A stretch of DNA of 63,068 nucleotides, the filler included. It is 5 parts of 5 records of this genome, joined end to end, with 100 filler letters (N's around TTAATTAATTAA, not from the genome) between each part and the next. Parts side by side here need not be neighbours in the genome. Positions count along the whole stretch, not along the records: positions 38,091 to 56,140 come from DRR723986_10721; positions 56,241 to 63,068 come from DRR723986_10733; 3 more parts are not named here. One strand, written 5' to 3'. Made by a program: the position numbers and the translations under genes. Each line of letters starts with the position of its first letter. The first letter of the stretch is position 1. Under the pieces are notes generated by a model. The model did not search any database and was not told the origin of the DNA. It saw only the letters and a program-made list of their open reading frames with translations. Positions 51,901-61,219 of the stretch are shown in pieces.

Positions 51901-52843
51901 TTTCAGCCACGTTGGTAGACAACACAATTCGACGGCGCCCGCTGGGTTTGAAAATCCGATCCTGTTCCTGTGCGGTCAGCCTTGCGAACAAGGGCAAAAT
52001 TTCCAGCGTTTGCCGCAGGTTTTTATTCAGGAAATTTGCCATGTCGCGAATTTCCCGCTCCCCCGGCAAGAACATCAATATATCGCCCTGACCCTCCCGG
52101 CAGAGCTCTTCTACCGCATCGAGGGTGGCAGCCTGAAACGCATCTTCATCCACCTCATCAGCCAGGTTTACAGGTGCGTTCTTGCGCCGGCTGGTGTCAA
52201 AATCATTTGGGTCTTTGTAGCGCACTTCCACCGGGTACAAACGACCGGATACTTCGATCACCGGAGCAGGCTTACCCAGGACACTTTCAAAATGCTTCGA
52301 GAACCGCTCTGCATCGATGGTTGCTGAGGTCACAATCAACTTCAAGTCAGGCCGCTTGGTTAGCACCTCTTTCAGATAACCCAACAGAAAGTCAATGTTC
52401 AGGCTGCGCTCATGAGCCTCGTCAATAATGATGGTGTCGTACTTCTTGAACAGCGGGTCGGTTTGGCTTTCCGCCAACAAAATGCCGTCGGTCACCAACT
52501 TCACCGCGGTACTGGCATTGGATTGGTCTTGAAACCGTATTTTGAACCCCACCCATTGCCCGAGTTCAGAATTCAGTTCTTGCGCAATCCGTTTGGCTGT
52601 CGCTGTTGCTGCCAACCGACGGGGCTGGGTGTGAACAATACTTCTTCCGTTCAAACCACGCCCAAGTTCAAGGCACATTTTCGGCAACTGAGTGGTTTTA
52701 CCCGAGCCTGTTTCACCGCAGACAATCACCACCTGATGGTCAGCGATCAACTGCTTGATCTCAGTGCGACGCTGGGAAACCGGTAGCTCTTCAGAGTATC
52801 GAATTTCGGGTAACGACTGAATGGTTTGTTCTTTTGACAACAC
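48950..52843 (-). CDS. hrpA: ATP-dependent RNA helicase HrpA
   Basis: GETGSGKTTQLPK, DEAHERS, SAT, TNVAETSLT, QRAGRCGR and the C-terminal ELRVSLFAQEL. Confidence 0.96.
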   Translation of the reverse strand: MLSKEQTIQSLPEIRYSEELPVSQRRTEIKQLIADHQVVIVCGETGSGKTTQLPKMCLELGRGLNGRSIVHTQPRRLAATATAKRIAQELNSELGQWVGFKIRFQDQSNASTAVKLVTDGILLAESQTDPLFKKYDTIIIDEAHERSLNIDFLLGYLKEVLTKRPDLKLIVTSATIDAERFSKHFESVLGKPAPVIEVSGRLYPVEVRYKDPNDFDTSRRKNAPVNLADEVDEDAFQAATLDAVEELCREGQGDILMFLPGEREIRDMANFLNKNLRQTLEILPLFARLTAQEQDRIFKPSGRRRIVLSTNVAETSLTVPGIRYVIDSGLARVKRYSYRNKVEMLQVERISKASANQRAGRCGRVANGVCIRLYSDADFAGRADYTDPEILRSSLASVILRMKSLHLTEVEDFPFLQRPMGRAIADGYQLLSELNALDDAGHLTRTGKALAKLPLDPRIARMLFEASVRGCLRELLVLAAALSIQDPRDRPIDAQEAADNAQQQFEDTESDFMSFLKLWKFYVDLKEKELTNREMKNTLQRKFLSANRLREWGEVHQQLTAMVRDQNWVVNTKAAEYDQIHMSLMAGLLGNIGLKHETDPVYLGARSIKFSIHPGSNLFKKGGKWIMAAELVETTRLYARSVAKIQPDWIEKVGAHLVKRNHNNPHWEKGSGQAVALETGTIYGLPIYSQRRVSLARFNQADARRLMIHEGLVPGQVKTSVPFYVHNRKLIEDLEKLEHKARRQDILVDEGLIAQFYDDKLPAGVYNQQTLENWAKQASKEDLAALYLNKEDLLSKKAGDITTEFYPKKLEMGGLAFDLSYHFEPGSPRDGVTLTIPLMLLNQVNVGRTEWLVPGMLKEKALLLLKSLPQKVRRHCVPVPQFAEKFAEAHFDSKLYDKPLLERLRDFVASETPARPLLSDFRIETLPPHHFMNFKLVDEHGRQLDMQRSLSALKAEWGRKAQESFKSSDVVEQVRAQVGAQIDDAGHSSEKSKPSANAVKSPPSGNAGAYSDQPITTWSFGSLPDMLEIRRAGQTFFGYPALKDMGDHCIIEVFDEENIARKVHLDGVLRLFNIALKEPLKYLTKNLLDFQKVAMLYMPLGSSEELQQQWIKLTLMRSALAGGLPVTQDEFNVKVQEARSRMNLIAQEIGKILFIILTEYSALNKKLQTLSKSFPECVNDIQNQLNWLLPKGFLLKKPWEQLAHYPRYLKAAQIRLERVRNSIDRDKQLMKDVMDLQLHWVRASSHLKGQEDESLSQFGWQLQELRVSLFAQELRTPMPVSVKRLQKAWETMAKRQQ

Positions 52844-52993
52844 AAATAACCAATATTGGGTTCAAATTCCGATCAAATCGGGGAAAAACAAAGCGAAGGC
52901 TGGACTACGCTCAATCGGAAATTATAATCAATCGATCGAGCGGCCACGGCTGCCCACAGTGTATTCCCTTTTTTCAGGACAGCCCCCAAGCCA

Positions 52994-54334
52994 ATGAGTA
53001 ACGCGCCAAGCAACGACGACCTTTCCATGAACAGCCAAACTTTCGTTCAATGGCTGAGAACTGTTGCCCCTTATATTCATGCCTTTCGAGGTAAAACCTT
53101 CGTGGTGGCCGTTGATGGTGAGTTGGCTTATCAAGGCTACTTGAATTCACTTGCTCAGGATTTGTCACTGTTACACGCGATGGGCATGCGGATTGTGCTG
53201 GTGTGTGGTTCTCGTCCTCAGGTTGAAGAACAACTGGCCCTGCGCAACATTCAACCCGCTTTTCACAAGGGTTGGCGAATCACCGACAAGGGCGCACTGG
53301 AGTGTGCCAAAGAAGCCGCTGGCGAATTGCGGCTCGACATCGAGGCTGCATTTTCGCAAGGCTTGCCCAACACGCCCATGGCGCATTCATCCATGCGCGT
53401 TATTTCGGGCAACTTCATCACAGCGCGCCCCATGGGTATTCTGGATGGTGTGGATCTGCAACATACCGGCCTGGTTCGGAAAATAGACGTCACTGCGATC
53501 CAAATGAGCCTGAACAGCAGCGCAATCGTGCTGCTGTCGACCATTGGATTTTCTCCCACGGGAGAGGCATTCAACTTGAGCATGGAAGACGTGGCCACCA
53601 GTACGGCGCGTGCAATCAAGGCTGACAAGTTGATCTTCGTAAGCCAAATTGAAGGCATATTCGACAAAAACGGCAAACTGCTCGAAGAACTTGAACTGGA
53701 CCGTGCTCGTGAAATCATGCTTCAGGATGACCTGCCCGAACTGACCAAAGACTATCTCGAGTGCTGCATTCTTGCCGTGCAAGGCGGTGTGGGACGCGCG
53801 CACATAGTGCCACTGAACCTGGATGGTGGCGTGATGCTTGAACTGTTCTCGCACGACGGCGTAGGCACCATGGTTTCGGAGGAAAATCTCGAAAGCTTGC
53901 GCCAAGCGACACTGGATGACTCCGGCGGTATCAAGACCCTGATCGAACCCCTGGAAATGGCGGGTGTTTTGGTGCGCCGCGGGCGCGACCGAATTGAACG
54001 CGACATCGATCATTTCATCGTACTGGAACACGACGGCATTTTATGGGGCTGTGCCGCCATGTACCCTTACCATGCAGAAGGTGTCGCCGAATTGGCCTGC
54101 CTTGTTGTCCATCCCTCTTGGCAGGGCACAGGCGATGGTGAGCGCTTGTTGAAGAAAATTGAACACGACGCCCGCAAACAGGGTTTAAAACAATTGTTTG
54201 TTTTGACCACACAAACCTCGCACTTCTTCCTGAAGCGTGGTTTTGTGGTGGGCGACGTGGACAAGTTACCCATTGAACGCAAGCGCCTCTACGACTGGAA
54301 CCGCAAATCGCAAGTGATGATTAAAACGCTGTGA
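52994..54334 (+). CDS. argA: N-acetylglutamate synthase
   Basis: APYIHAFRGKTFV amino-acid-kinase-like domain plus a C-terminal GNAT domain (ELACL..LFVLTT). Confidence 0.95.
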   Translation: MSNAPSNDDLSMNSQTFVQWLRTVAPYIHAFRGKTFVVAVDGELAYQGYLNSLAQDLSLLHAMGMRIVLVCGSRPQVEEQLALRNIQPAFHKGWRITDKGALECAKEAAGELRLDIEAAFSQGLPNTPMAHSSMRVISGNFITARPMGILDGVDLQHTGLVRKIDVTAIQMSLNSSAIVLLSTIGFSPTGEAFNLSMEDVATSTARAIKADKLIFVSQIEGIFDKNGKLLEELELDRAREIMLQDDLPELTKDYLECCILAVQGGVGRAHIVPLNLDGGVMLELFSHDGVGTMVSEENLESLRQATLDDSGGIKTLIEPLEMAGVLVRRGRDRIERDIDHFIVLEHDGILWGCAAMYPYHAEGVAELACLVVHPSWQGTGDGERLLKKIEHDARKQGLKQLFVLTTQTSHFFLKRGFVVGDVDKLPIERKRLYDWNRKSQVMIKTL

Positions 54335-54356
54335 TCGAGCATACAAGGCGGGCATC

Positions 54357-55565
54357 ATGAGCACCTTCAAACAAAAACCTCACACACTAGGCTTGAGCAC
54401 TGAGATTATTCACTCCAAGCCGGTCAGTAGTGAGGGCTTTTCCGCACTGCCTGTACCTGTATACCGAGGATCAAGCACGTTTTTTGATGACACCGCAGCC
54501 CAACGCGCCTCCGTCAATCCTATCGGGCTTGACTACAGCTATGGCTTGCATGGCAACCCTACGCAGTACTCGCTGGCAAAAAAACTGGCTGAAATAGAAG
54601 GCGCTACACATGCGCTGGTGTGCCCCTCTGGGCTGACCGGTATTGCGCTGGTGGCCCAAGCCTGCCTGAAAAGTGGCGATCATTGGCTAATTCCAGAAAA
54701 CGTGTACGGCCCCGTGCAAGCTTTGGCGAGAAGCCTGCACATGGACTACGGTGTTGAGTTTTCAGAATATGACCCTTGCAACGCCAATAGTGTCGCGGAG
54801 GGCTTGCGCACCAATACCACCCTGGTGTGGACTGAGGCACCAGGCTCACTCACATTCGAGGTTCCCGATTTACAAACCATTGTGGCACTTGCGAAAGCCC
54901 ATGGTGCACGCACTGGCATCGACAATACCTGGGCTGCAGGCATCGCATACAAGCCTTTCCAGCATGGATTTGACTTTAGTGTGCAGGCGCTGACCAAGTA
55001 CCAATGTGGCCATGCCGATGTATTGATGGGTGCGGTGCTCAGCCACAACACCAAGGCCTTTGCAGATTTGGAACGAAAAAACCGGATATTGGGCTTGGGT
55101 GTGTCACCCGCCGATTGCGACCTGGTGTTACGCGGCCTGCTCACGCTGCCCTTGCGCTATCAGCAACAGGCACAAAACGGCTTGCTGGTGGCCTCCGCAC
55201 TAAGGCAACACCCGGCAGTGGCGCGGGTGCTTCACCCGGAATTCCCGGATTGCCCGGGACATGCGTTTTACAAACGCGACTTCAACGGCTTTGCCAGTAT
55301 TTTTTCGATCGTATTGAAGGCGCAGTACTCGGATGAACAGGCCTGCGCAATCATCGATAAGCTGAAGCTGTTCAAGATTGCGTATTCATGGGGTGGGCCC
55401 GAAAGTTTGGGATTGGTGGTGAACATTCCTGACAGCCGAAGAAGCCGCCTTGCAGACGAGCACGGCCGCTGCGGGCCAATACTTCGTTTGGCCATTGGGC
55501 TGGAGGAGCCGGCGGATTTAATTGCTGATTTGATGCAGGCACTTGATACAGCGAACCGGGCTTAA
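54357..55565 (+). CDS. metC: Cystathionine beta-lyase
   Basis: YGLHGNPT, EAPGS, DNTWA, ALTKY (PLP Lys) and SWGGPESL motifs. Confidence 0.88.
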   Translation: MSTFKQKPHTLGLSTEIIHSKPVSSEGFSALPVPVYRGSSTFFDDTAAQRASVNPIGLDYSYGLHGNPTQYSLAKKLAEIEGATHALVCPSGLTGIALVAQACLKSGDHWLIPENVYGPVQALARSLHMDYGVEFSEYDPCNANSVAEGLRTNTTLVWTEAPGSLTFEVPDLQTIVALAKAHGARTGIDNTWAAGIAYKPFQHGFDFSVQALTKYQCGHADVLMGAVLSHNTKAFADLERKNRILGLGVSPADCDLVLRGLLTLPLRYQQQAQNGLLVASALRQHPAVARVLHPEFPDCPGHAFYKRDFNGFASIFSIVLKAQYSDEQACAIIDKLKLFKIAYSWGGPESLGLVVNIPDSRRSRLADEHGRCGPILRLAIGLEEPADLIADLMQALDTANRA

Positions 55566-55614
55566 CCAAACTTCAGTAAAGGACGCGCTGCCGGCAACGC
55601 GTCCCCTAAACCCT

Positions 55615-56140
55615 TTATACCTTCACACAATCTACGAAATAACTCACGTTGCCCTGCTCATCTTCAATTTCGACCAAACCGTGAATATCGGTCTCGAAGC
55701 CAGGAAACTGCTTGTTGAAATCGCGTGCAAAGCGCAAATAATCCACAATCGTCGCATTGAAAATTTCACCGGGGATCAACAATGGAATTCCCGGCGGATA
55801 AGGCGTCAACAATGCCGAGGTAATGCGACCTTCCAGTTCATCAATTGCCACACGCTCAATTTCTCGATGGGCCACTTTGGCGTAGGCATCGGCAGGCACC
55901 ATCGCGGGCTGCATGTCGCTCAAGTACATTTCTGTAGTCAAACGTGCCACATCCTTCTTGCGATACATGTCGTGAATCGTGTTGCATAAATCGCGCAAGC
56001 CCACGCGTTCATAGCGTGGATGGGCTTGGCAAAACTCAGGAATGACACGCCACAAGGGTTGGTTTTTGTCGTAGTCGTCCTTGAATTGCTGAAGCGCAGT
56101 CACCAAAGTATTCCAGCGGCCTTTGGTAATGCCGATGGTG
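55615..56140 (-). CDS. Orn/Lys/Arg decarboxylase, C-terminal part (5'-truncated)
   Basis: TIGITKGRWNTLVTALQQFK, PYPPGIPLLIPGE and FPGFETDIHG motifs. Confidence 0.92.
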
Positions 56141-56240
56141 NNNNNNNNNNNNNNNNNNNNNNNNNNNNNNNNNNNNNNNNNNNNTTAATTAATTAANNNN
56201 NNNNNNNNNNNNNNNNNNNNNNNNNNNNNNNNNNNNNNNN
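56141..56240. other. Artificial contig spacer
   Basis: N-run, TTAATTAATTAA, N-run. Confidence 0.99.
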
Positions 56241-57341
56241 TTTGATGAATTCTTTGGCAATCTCTACCACCTGAATGCCGAGGAAGAACCCGAAAGCGTC
56301 GACTATCCCACAGACCCCGAGTTTCGTAAAAACTTCGGTCCGCGCGGGGTCATCAAATCCTCTTCCGATGGCACCGTCGAAGACACCGGGCCTCTGACCC
56401 GCAAGCGGATGGAAACCATCGACGAAGAAGTCACCGCCGGGGCGATTGATTTCATGGATCGCGCGGTCGAACAGGAAAAGCCATTTTTCCTGTGGTACAA
56501 CACCACCCGAATGCACATCAACACGCACCTGAAACCCGAAAGCCAAGGCGTGACTGGCTTGGGCATTTATCCCGATGGCATGGTCGAACATGACGGCATG
56601 GTGGGCCAGATGCTCGACAAACTCGAAGAGCTGGGCATCGCCGACAATACCGTGGTGATGTATTCCACCGACAACGGGGCCGAGGTGTTCTCGTGGCCCG
56701 ATGGCGGCACCACGCCCTTCAAGGGCGAAAAGAACGACAATTGGGAGGGCGGCTATCGCGTTCCCATGATGATCAAATGGCCGGGTGTCATTGAACCGGG
56801 GCGCAAGTCCAATCAGATCATCAGCCACCTCGATTGGTTCCCGACCTTCATGTCTGCCTCGGGCGATCCTGACATGAAAGAAAAGATGCTCGAGGGGTCT
56901 CAATTCGGCGAGGGCAACGAAGGTGTCCACCTCGATGGTTATGACTTCATGCCTTACTTCAAAGGCGAAACAGACGAAGGACCGCGCAGGGAATTCTTTT
57001 ACTTCTCGGATGGCGGCGATCTGGTGAACCTGCGCTATGGCCGCTGGAAACTGGTCTTTGCCGAACAACGCGCCGAAGGCTTCGATGTCTGGGAGGAACC
57101 CTTTGTCCCCCTCAGGGTGCCCAAACTGATCGACCTCTACAGTGATCCGTTTGAACGCGCGCAGGAAGAAGCCGCAGCCTACACCCAATGGCGGTTCGAA
57201 CGCCTGTACCTGCTGGTTCCGGCTCAGGTCTTTGTGGGCAAGTTCCTCGAAACCTTCATCGACTATCCACCACGTCAGGAACCTGCCAGCTTCTCGATTG
57301 ATCAGGTCCTAACCAACCTGCAACGCAATCAGGGCGGTTGA
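56241..57341 (+). CDS. Arylsulfatase family protein (5'-truncated)
   Basis: The frame is open from the contig start (FDEFFGNLYHLNAEEEPE); STDNG and GEKND.WEGGYRVP motifs. Confidence 0.92.
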   Translation, partial: FDEFFGNLYHLNAEEEPESVDYPTDPEFRKNFGPRGVIKSSSDGTVEDTGPLTRKRMETIDEEVTAGAIDFMDRAVEQEKPFFLWYNTTRMHINTHLKPESQGVTGLGIYPDGMVEHDGMVGQMLDKLEELGIADNTVVMYSTDNGAEVFSWPDGGTTPFKGEKNDNWEGGYRVPMMIKWPGVIEPGRKSNQIISHLDWFPTFMSASGDPDMKEKMLEGSQFGEGNEGVHLDGYDFMPYFKGETDEGPRREFFYFSDGGDLVNLRYGRWKLVFAEQRAEGFDVWEEPFVPLRVPKLIDLYSDPFERAQEEAAAYTQWRFERLYLLVPAQVFVGKFLETFIDYPPRQEPASFSIDQVLTNLQRNQGG

Positions 57342-57540
57342 TGCTTTGAACACATACCGCAAAGCTGCGCCTGCGGCTTTGCGGATCGGCGCAAACTTGC
57401 AGGGAAACGGGACGATATGGCGCATAATGGCCTGAAAATGGGTTCCCCGCTGCAAGTTGGTTGCGGATAGTCTACATAGATAGACAGGGCGCCCACAGTG
57501 GATTTGCCCTGAGAACCGATCCTGAGAACGGGAGATTTAC

Positions 57541-57774
57541 GTGACTTCAACGCTCAAAATAGCATCCCTTGCCATATTGGTGGCCATAACGGGTGCCTGC
57601 TCAAATAACCCAGCTGCACAACACGAAGTGGCCTGTGTCGGCGGTGTCTTGACCGGCGCAGTTCTTGGTGGTGCGATCGGCAACCGTTTTGGCGGTGGAA
57701 CCGGGCAAACACTTGCCACAGCGGCTGGCGCTTTTGCGGGGGGGGCAGCGACTGGCACTGCCATGAACTGCTAA
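57541..57774 (+). CDS. Small glycine-zipper 2TM lipoprotein
   Basis: GGGAG before the GTG start, lipobox TGAC and GAVLGGAIGNRFGGGTG..AAGAFAGG. Confidence 0.75.
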   Translation: MTSTLKIASLAILVAITGACSNNPAAQHEVACVGGVLTGAVLGGAIGNRFGGGTGQTLATAAGAFAGGAATGTAMNC

Positions 57775-57785
57775 TGGGACACACA

Positions 57786-58127
57786 ATGAAACGAATTGCA
57801 TACTCCACCGCTGCTGCATTGGTACTTGCATCTGGCGCATTCGCCCAAACCATGCCGGGCGAGGCCTTGTTGCTGCTCGACGGGGACGGGGACAGCCAAA
57901 TCACCCTCAACGAATTCACCGAACAAATGGATGCTATGTTTGGGGGGATGGACACCAACAAGAACGGTCAGCTTGAAACCTCAGAGGTCGACAGCTTTAT
58001 TGCGCAAGATCTGTTTGATGCCACGGATACAAATGCCGATGGGCGCATTTCAAAAGCCGAGTATGATGCGCAAATCCAAAAAGACTTTGCCAACGCAGAC
58101 AAGAATTCCAGCGGCGCGCTTGACTGA
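57786..58127 (+). CDS. Secreted EF-hand domain protein
   Basis: Signal peptide ending AFA-Q; loops DGDGDSQITLNE, DTNKNGQLETSE, DTNADGRISKAE and DKNSSGALD. Confidence 0.85.
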   Translation: MKRIAYSTAAALVLASGAFAQTMPGEALLLLDGDGDSQITLNEFTEQMDAMFGGMDTNKNGQLETSEVDSFIAQDLFDATDTNADGRISKAEYDAQIQKDFANADKNSSGALD

Positions 58128-58187
58128 CCAAGACTGGATCAGATCCCATCCAGCCTGAAACCGAAAAACGAAAAAAGGGCACCTTAA

Positions 58188-58430
58188 TCAGGTGCCCGAC
58201 GCCTGCGAATACCGTTCCTTGAGACGCGGAAAACGGGTGAGGATACTGTCCAGCATGGCCAGAACACCCGCATCCTGCGCCGTCTCGGTCGAAATCGCGC
58301 CCTCAAACCCCAGTTCCCGCGCAGAGCAGATCAATTGCGGCGCGTTCGCAGGCGACACGCCGGACAAAACCAACAGATCAGGACGCGTACGCATGATCGG
58401 CGTCAGAACGGGCGTAAAGTCGGTGGTGTC
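58188..58430 (-). pseudogene. Chimeric remnant of a branched-chain amino-acid-type ABC transporter
   Basis: DTTDFTPVLTPIMRTRPDLLVL..ARELGFEG (binding-protein-like) runs in frame into FPRLKERYSQASGT* (LivF-like ATPase segment). Confidence 0.6.
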
Positions 58431-58512
58431 TAACCGGCCACCTGACAGGTTGGCCGATCAAATCCTCCGGTTTCCGTGCCCGTGGCGGCTCTTGACCCTT
58501 CCTCGGGCGGTG

Positions 58513-59004
58513 TCAGGAAAACTCAGAGACGCAAATGGCCGCGCCCCATAAGCCCATACCGTAACTAAGATGTGCGACGAAACTCTTGAGCCGGGCATTG
58601 TTCGGCTTGGGCATGTTGCGGGCAAACAGCCCAGCCCCCATGCCCGGCTGTAGCACCAGAAAAGGGGCAAGCACGGTCAAAGCACCAAACGCCAAGGCTG
58701 GCAACACGCTGGGGCCTCTTAACCAGCCCTGACCGACGAGGGCCAGAAACGCCAAAGCAAACACAACCCCAATTAGGTAATGCGCGCACCACCCAATGGC
58801 CCGTTCAAACGGAATGGGTTGGCGCGTTGAAATAGGGTGATTGCAAAATTCGCCGCAGGCCAGATGGCCAATCCAGCGCCCAACCATCCCCCAGTCGAGA
58901 GAGGGTTGAGACAGAATGCGCTTTTGAGCAAGAGCAATCACATCCATGAATGCGGTTGCGCCCATTCCAAGCAGAGCTGCGTTAAAAAGAAAGGTAGTCA
59001 TCAT
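58513..59004 (-). CDS. DUF2938 family membrane protein
   Basis: GMGATAFMD, MVGRWIGH, GWCAHYLIG, PFLVLQPGMG and AHLSYGMG motifs. Confidence 0.85.
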   Translation of the reverse strand: MMTTFLFNAALLGMGATAFMDVIALAQKRILSQPSLDWGMVGRWIGHLACGEFCNHPISTRQPIPFERAIGWCAHYLIGVVFALAFLALVGQGWLRGPSVLPALAFGALTVLAPFLVLQPGMGAGLFARNMPKPNNARLKSFVAHLSYGMGLWGAAICVSEFS

Positions 59005-59048
59005 GAAACAGAGGCCTCTTTTTTGTTGATGTTTTTCAAGAAGGACGC

Positions 59049-59079
59049 ACTGTACAAATTCAAGCCAACTTGAGGTCAA
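59049..59079 (-). promoter_or_regulatory. MerR-type promoter/operator for the DUF2938 gene
   Basis: TTGACC-N19-TACAGT on the minus strand, with the dyad TCAAG-N4-CTTGA in the spacer. Confidence 0.8.
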
Positions 59080-59083
59080 GATC

Positions 59084-59524
59084 ATGCTGGATATTTCTGA
59101 ACTCGCCCGCCTGAGCGGATTTCCTGCTTCAAAACTGCGCTATTACGAAGAGATTGGCCTGATAAGCTCCGTCGGGCGACGGGGCCTAAAGCGCCTTTTT
59201 GAAGATGACGCAAAGACCCGTATTTCCCTGATTGCACTGGCCCAATCTGCGGGGTTTTCGCTGCTCGAGATCAAAGAGATTATTGGAACCACCGGCACCC
59301 CGGATCTCGATCGCAGCGCCTTGGCGCAAAAAGCGGACGCGATCGACCAAACGATCAAAGAGCTAACCGTCCTGCGGGATGGTCTGCGGCACGTCACAAA
59401 CTGCACGGCCCCAAATCATCTGGAGTGCGCGCGATTTCAGCGCATTATGCGCGTTGGGCTGGCACGGAAACAGGCCGCAAACAGACGCCCGAAATCCAAA
59501 CCAACCCCTGACCAAAACGACTGA
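59084..59524 (+). CDS. MerR family transcriptional regulator
   Basis: LDISELARLSG..LRYYEEIGLI..AGFSLLEI, with a C-terminal C-x6-C (NCTAPNHLEC). Confidence 0.92.
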   Translation: MLDISELARLSGFPASKLRYYEEIGLISSVGRRGLKRLFEDDAKTRISLIALAQSAGFSLLEIKEIIGTTGTPDLDRSALAQKADAIDQTIKELTVLRDGLRHVTNCTAPNHLECARFQRIMRVGLARKQAANRRPKSKPTPDQND

Positions 59525-59661
59525 GCCGCAGAACCCCAAGCGCATCTGACGCGTGGGGTTTGCGAACATTCAAACTGGGATCTCAGCGGACTACAGGTGC
59601 TGGATTTCGAGGCCGATATCACACTCCCGATTTATCGGTTCGATCCCTTCAATGTTGATGC

Positions 59662-59935
59662 CTACGGCGTGTGGTTTCAGACCTGACACTGGACAAATTG
59701 ATCTTGAAGGTGGCCGCAACGGGAAACTTCTGAGCCCCTCGCGCCGACGTGCCTGCATAGATCATGTGCGCAGCCAGATGAAGGTTTCTGAGCGTCGCGT
59801 TTGTCGCGCCCTGGGCCAGCACCGATCCACACAACGTCGATTGCCGCAGGGGCGTGCTGACAAAAACTGCCTGGTCGCAGACATGATCGAGCTGACGCGT
59901 CAGTATGGTCGATATGGCTACCGCCGGGTGGCTGC
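59662..59935 (+). mobile_element. IS3-family transposase remnant spanning the orfA/orfB junction
   Basis: orfA end LRRVVSDLTLDKLIL..GNF*, slippery GGGAAAC at 59721 and orfB start LLSPSRRR..VSERRVCRALG.HRSTQR..YGRYGYRRV. No DDE domain or terminal repeats seen. Confidence 0.8.
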
Positions 59936-60066
59936 CCCATCATCGGATCGGCGACCGCTATCAATACATGGACGAATTGAACCACGGCCAATCCGGGCGC
60001 CCAAGCTAACAAACGCGCGCGCAGGTTCCAGTCCCGCGCGCAAAAGCCTGACGTTGCTTGTGTACC

Positions 60067-60750
60067 CTAGTCCTTGGCTCCCTCAGACTCGTCGTTGGTT
60101 TCTGACAGGAACACGACGATATCCTTGGCATCAAAATTAGGGCTGCTCATGGCCGCGTGCTCTGTTTCCCCCATGTCAGGCAATTCATGCGCGATGCCCT
60201 TGTGGCAGCTGATGCAAGTCTTTTCGCCCGTAAACAGGAACCGTTCGTGCATATCCGCGGCCCGGATGCTTTGGCGCGTGATATCCATCGACTCGGCCGA
60301 ATGGCAGTTTCGACATTCCAAAGAGTCATTGGCCTCAAGCCGAGCCCATTCGTGCTGGGCCAGCTCTAATCGCTTGGCCAGGAACTTTTCGCGTGTATTG
60401 ATCGTGCCGAAAATCTTGCCCCAAACCTCTTTAGAGGCCTGCATCTTTCGGGCGATTTTCGATGTCCACCCATGCGGGACGTGGCAATCTGAACATATGG
60501 CCCGGACACCCGAACGGTTGGTATAGTGGATGGTCACCTTGAGTTCTTCATACACATTGGTGCGCATCTCGTGGCAGCTGGTGCAGAACTTTTCGGAATT
60601 GGTGACCTCCATCGCAGTGTTGAAGCCACCCCAGAAAATCACCCCCATCAGAAAGCCGCCCATCGTAAGCGCCCCGAGGCTGATAAAGGCGCTGGGGCTG
60701 GCAATGATGCCCCAAGTGGTTTTGAGCAGCGTAATTATACGGCCAAACAT
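60067..60750 (-). CDS. napC: Tetraheme cytochrome c NapC
   Basis: N-terminal TM helix and four CxxCH motifs (CTSCH, CSDCH, CRNCH, CISCH). Confidence 0.96.
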   Translation of the reverse strand: MFGRIITLLKTTWGIIASPSAFISLGALTMGGFLMGVIFWGGFNTAMEVTNSEKFCTSCHEMRTNVYEELKVTIHYTNRSGVRAICSDCHVPHGWTSKIARKMQASKEVWGKIFGTINTREKFLAKRLELAQHEWARLEANDSLECRNCHSAESMDITRQSIRAADMHERFLFTGEKTCISCHKGIAHELPDMGETEHAAMSSPNFDAKDIVVFLSETNDESEGAKD

Positions 60751-61217
60751 CAGTCTCCTCCGTCTTGGGACTGGCGGGCGATGTCCAGCACTGTGTCCAC
60801 ATCAATGAACTGGTTGCCAACCAACTCGCGCACTTGCCCCTGTGTGACGTGACACTGAGTACAAAAGTAACGCCGCGGTGTGATCGAGGTGAGAAACTGG
60901 TTCTCGCGGTTCATGAAATGGGTGATCGAAACCATCGGGGCCTGGCTCACTTCGGTCGCGGCACGGCTGTGACACTGCAGGCATTGGTTCACATTGACGT
61001 CGATCTGGTAGCCGTCGATCTTATGCGGGATGAGCGGCGGTTGCTCAGGATAGTTCCGCGTTTGTCGCAAATCCGAATTGTTGACCTTTGCGATCGCAGG
61101 GGGCGTTGCCGTTTCATGCAACGGCGTGCCTTGCCGAAACGTCGCCACATGTTCCTGCGCAACAACCCCAGTGACCAATACCAACGCAGGAAGGGAGAGA
61201 AAGAGATATCGTTTCAT
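60750..61217 (-). CDS. napB: Diheme cytochrome c NapB
   Basis: Signal peptide, [17 protein letters not shown] and RRYFCTQCH. Confidence 0.95.
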   Translation of the reverse strand: MKRYLFLSLPALVLVTGVVAQEHVATFRQGTPLHETATPPAIAKVNNSDLRQTRNYPEQPPLIPHKIDGYQIDVNVNQCLQCHSRAATEVSQAPMVSITHFMNRENQFLTSITPRRYFCTQCHVTQGQVRELVGNQFIDVDTVLDIARQSQDGGD

Positions 61218-61219
61218 GA

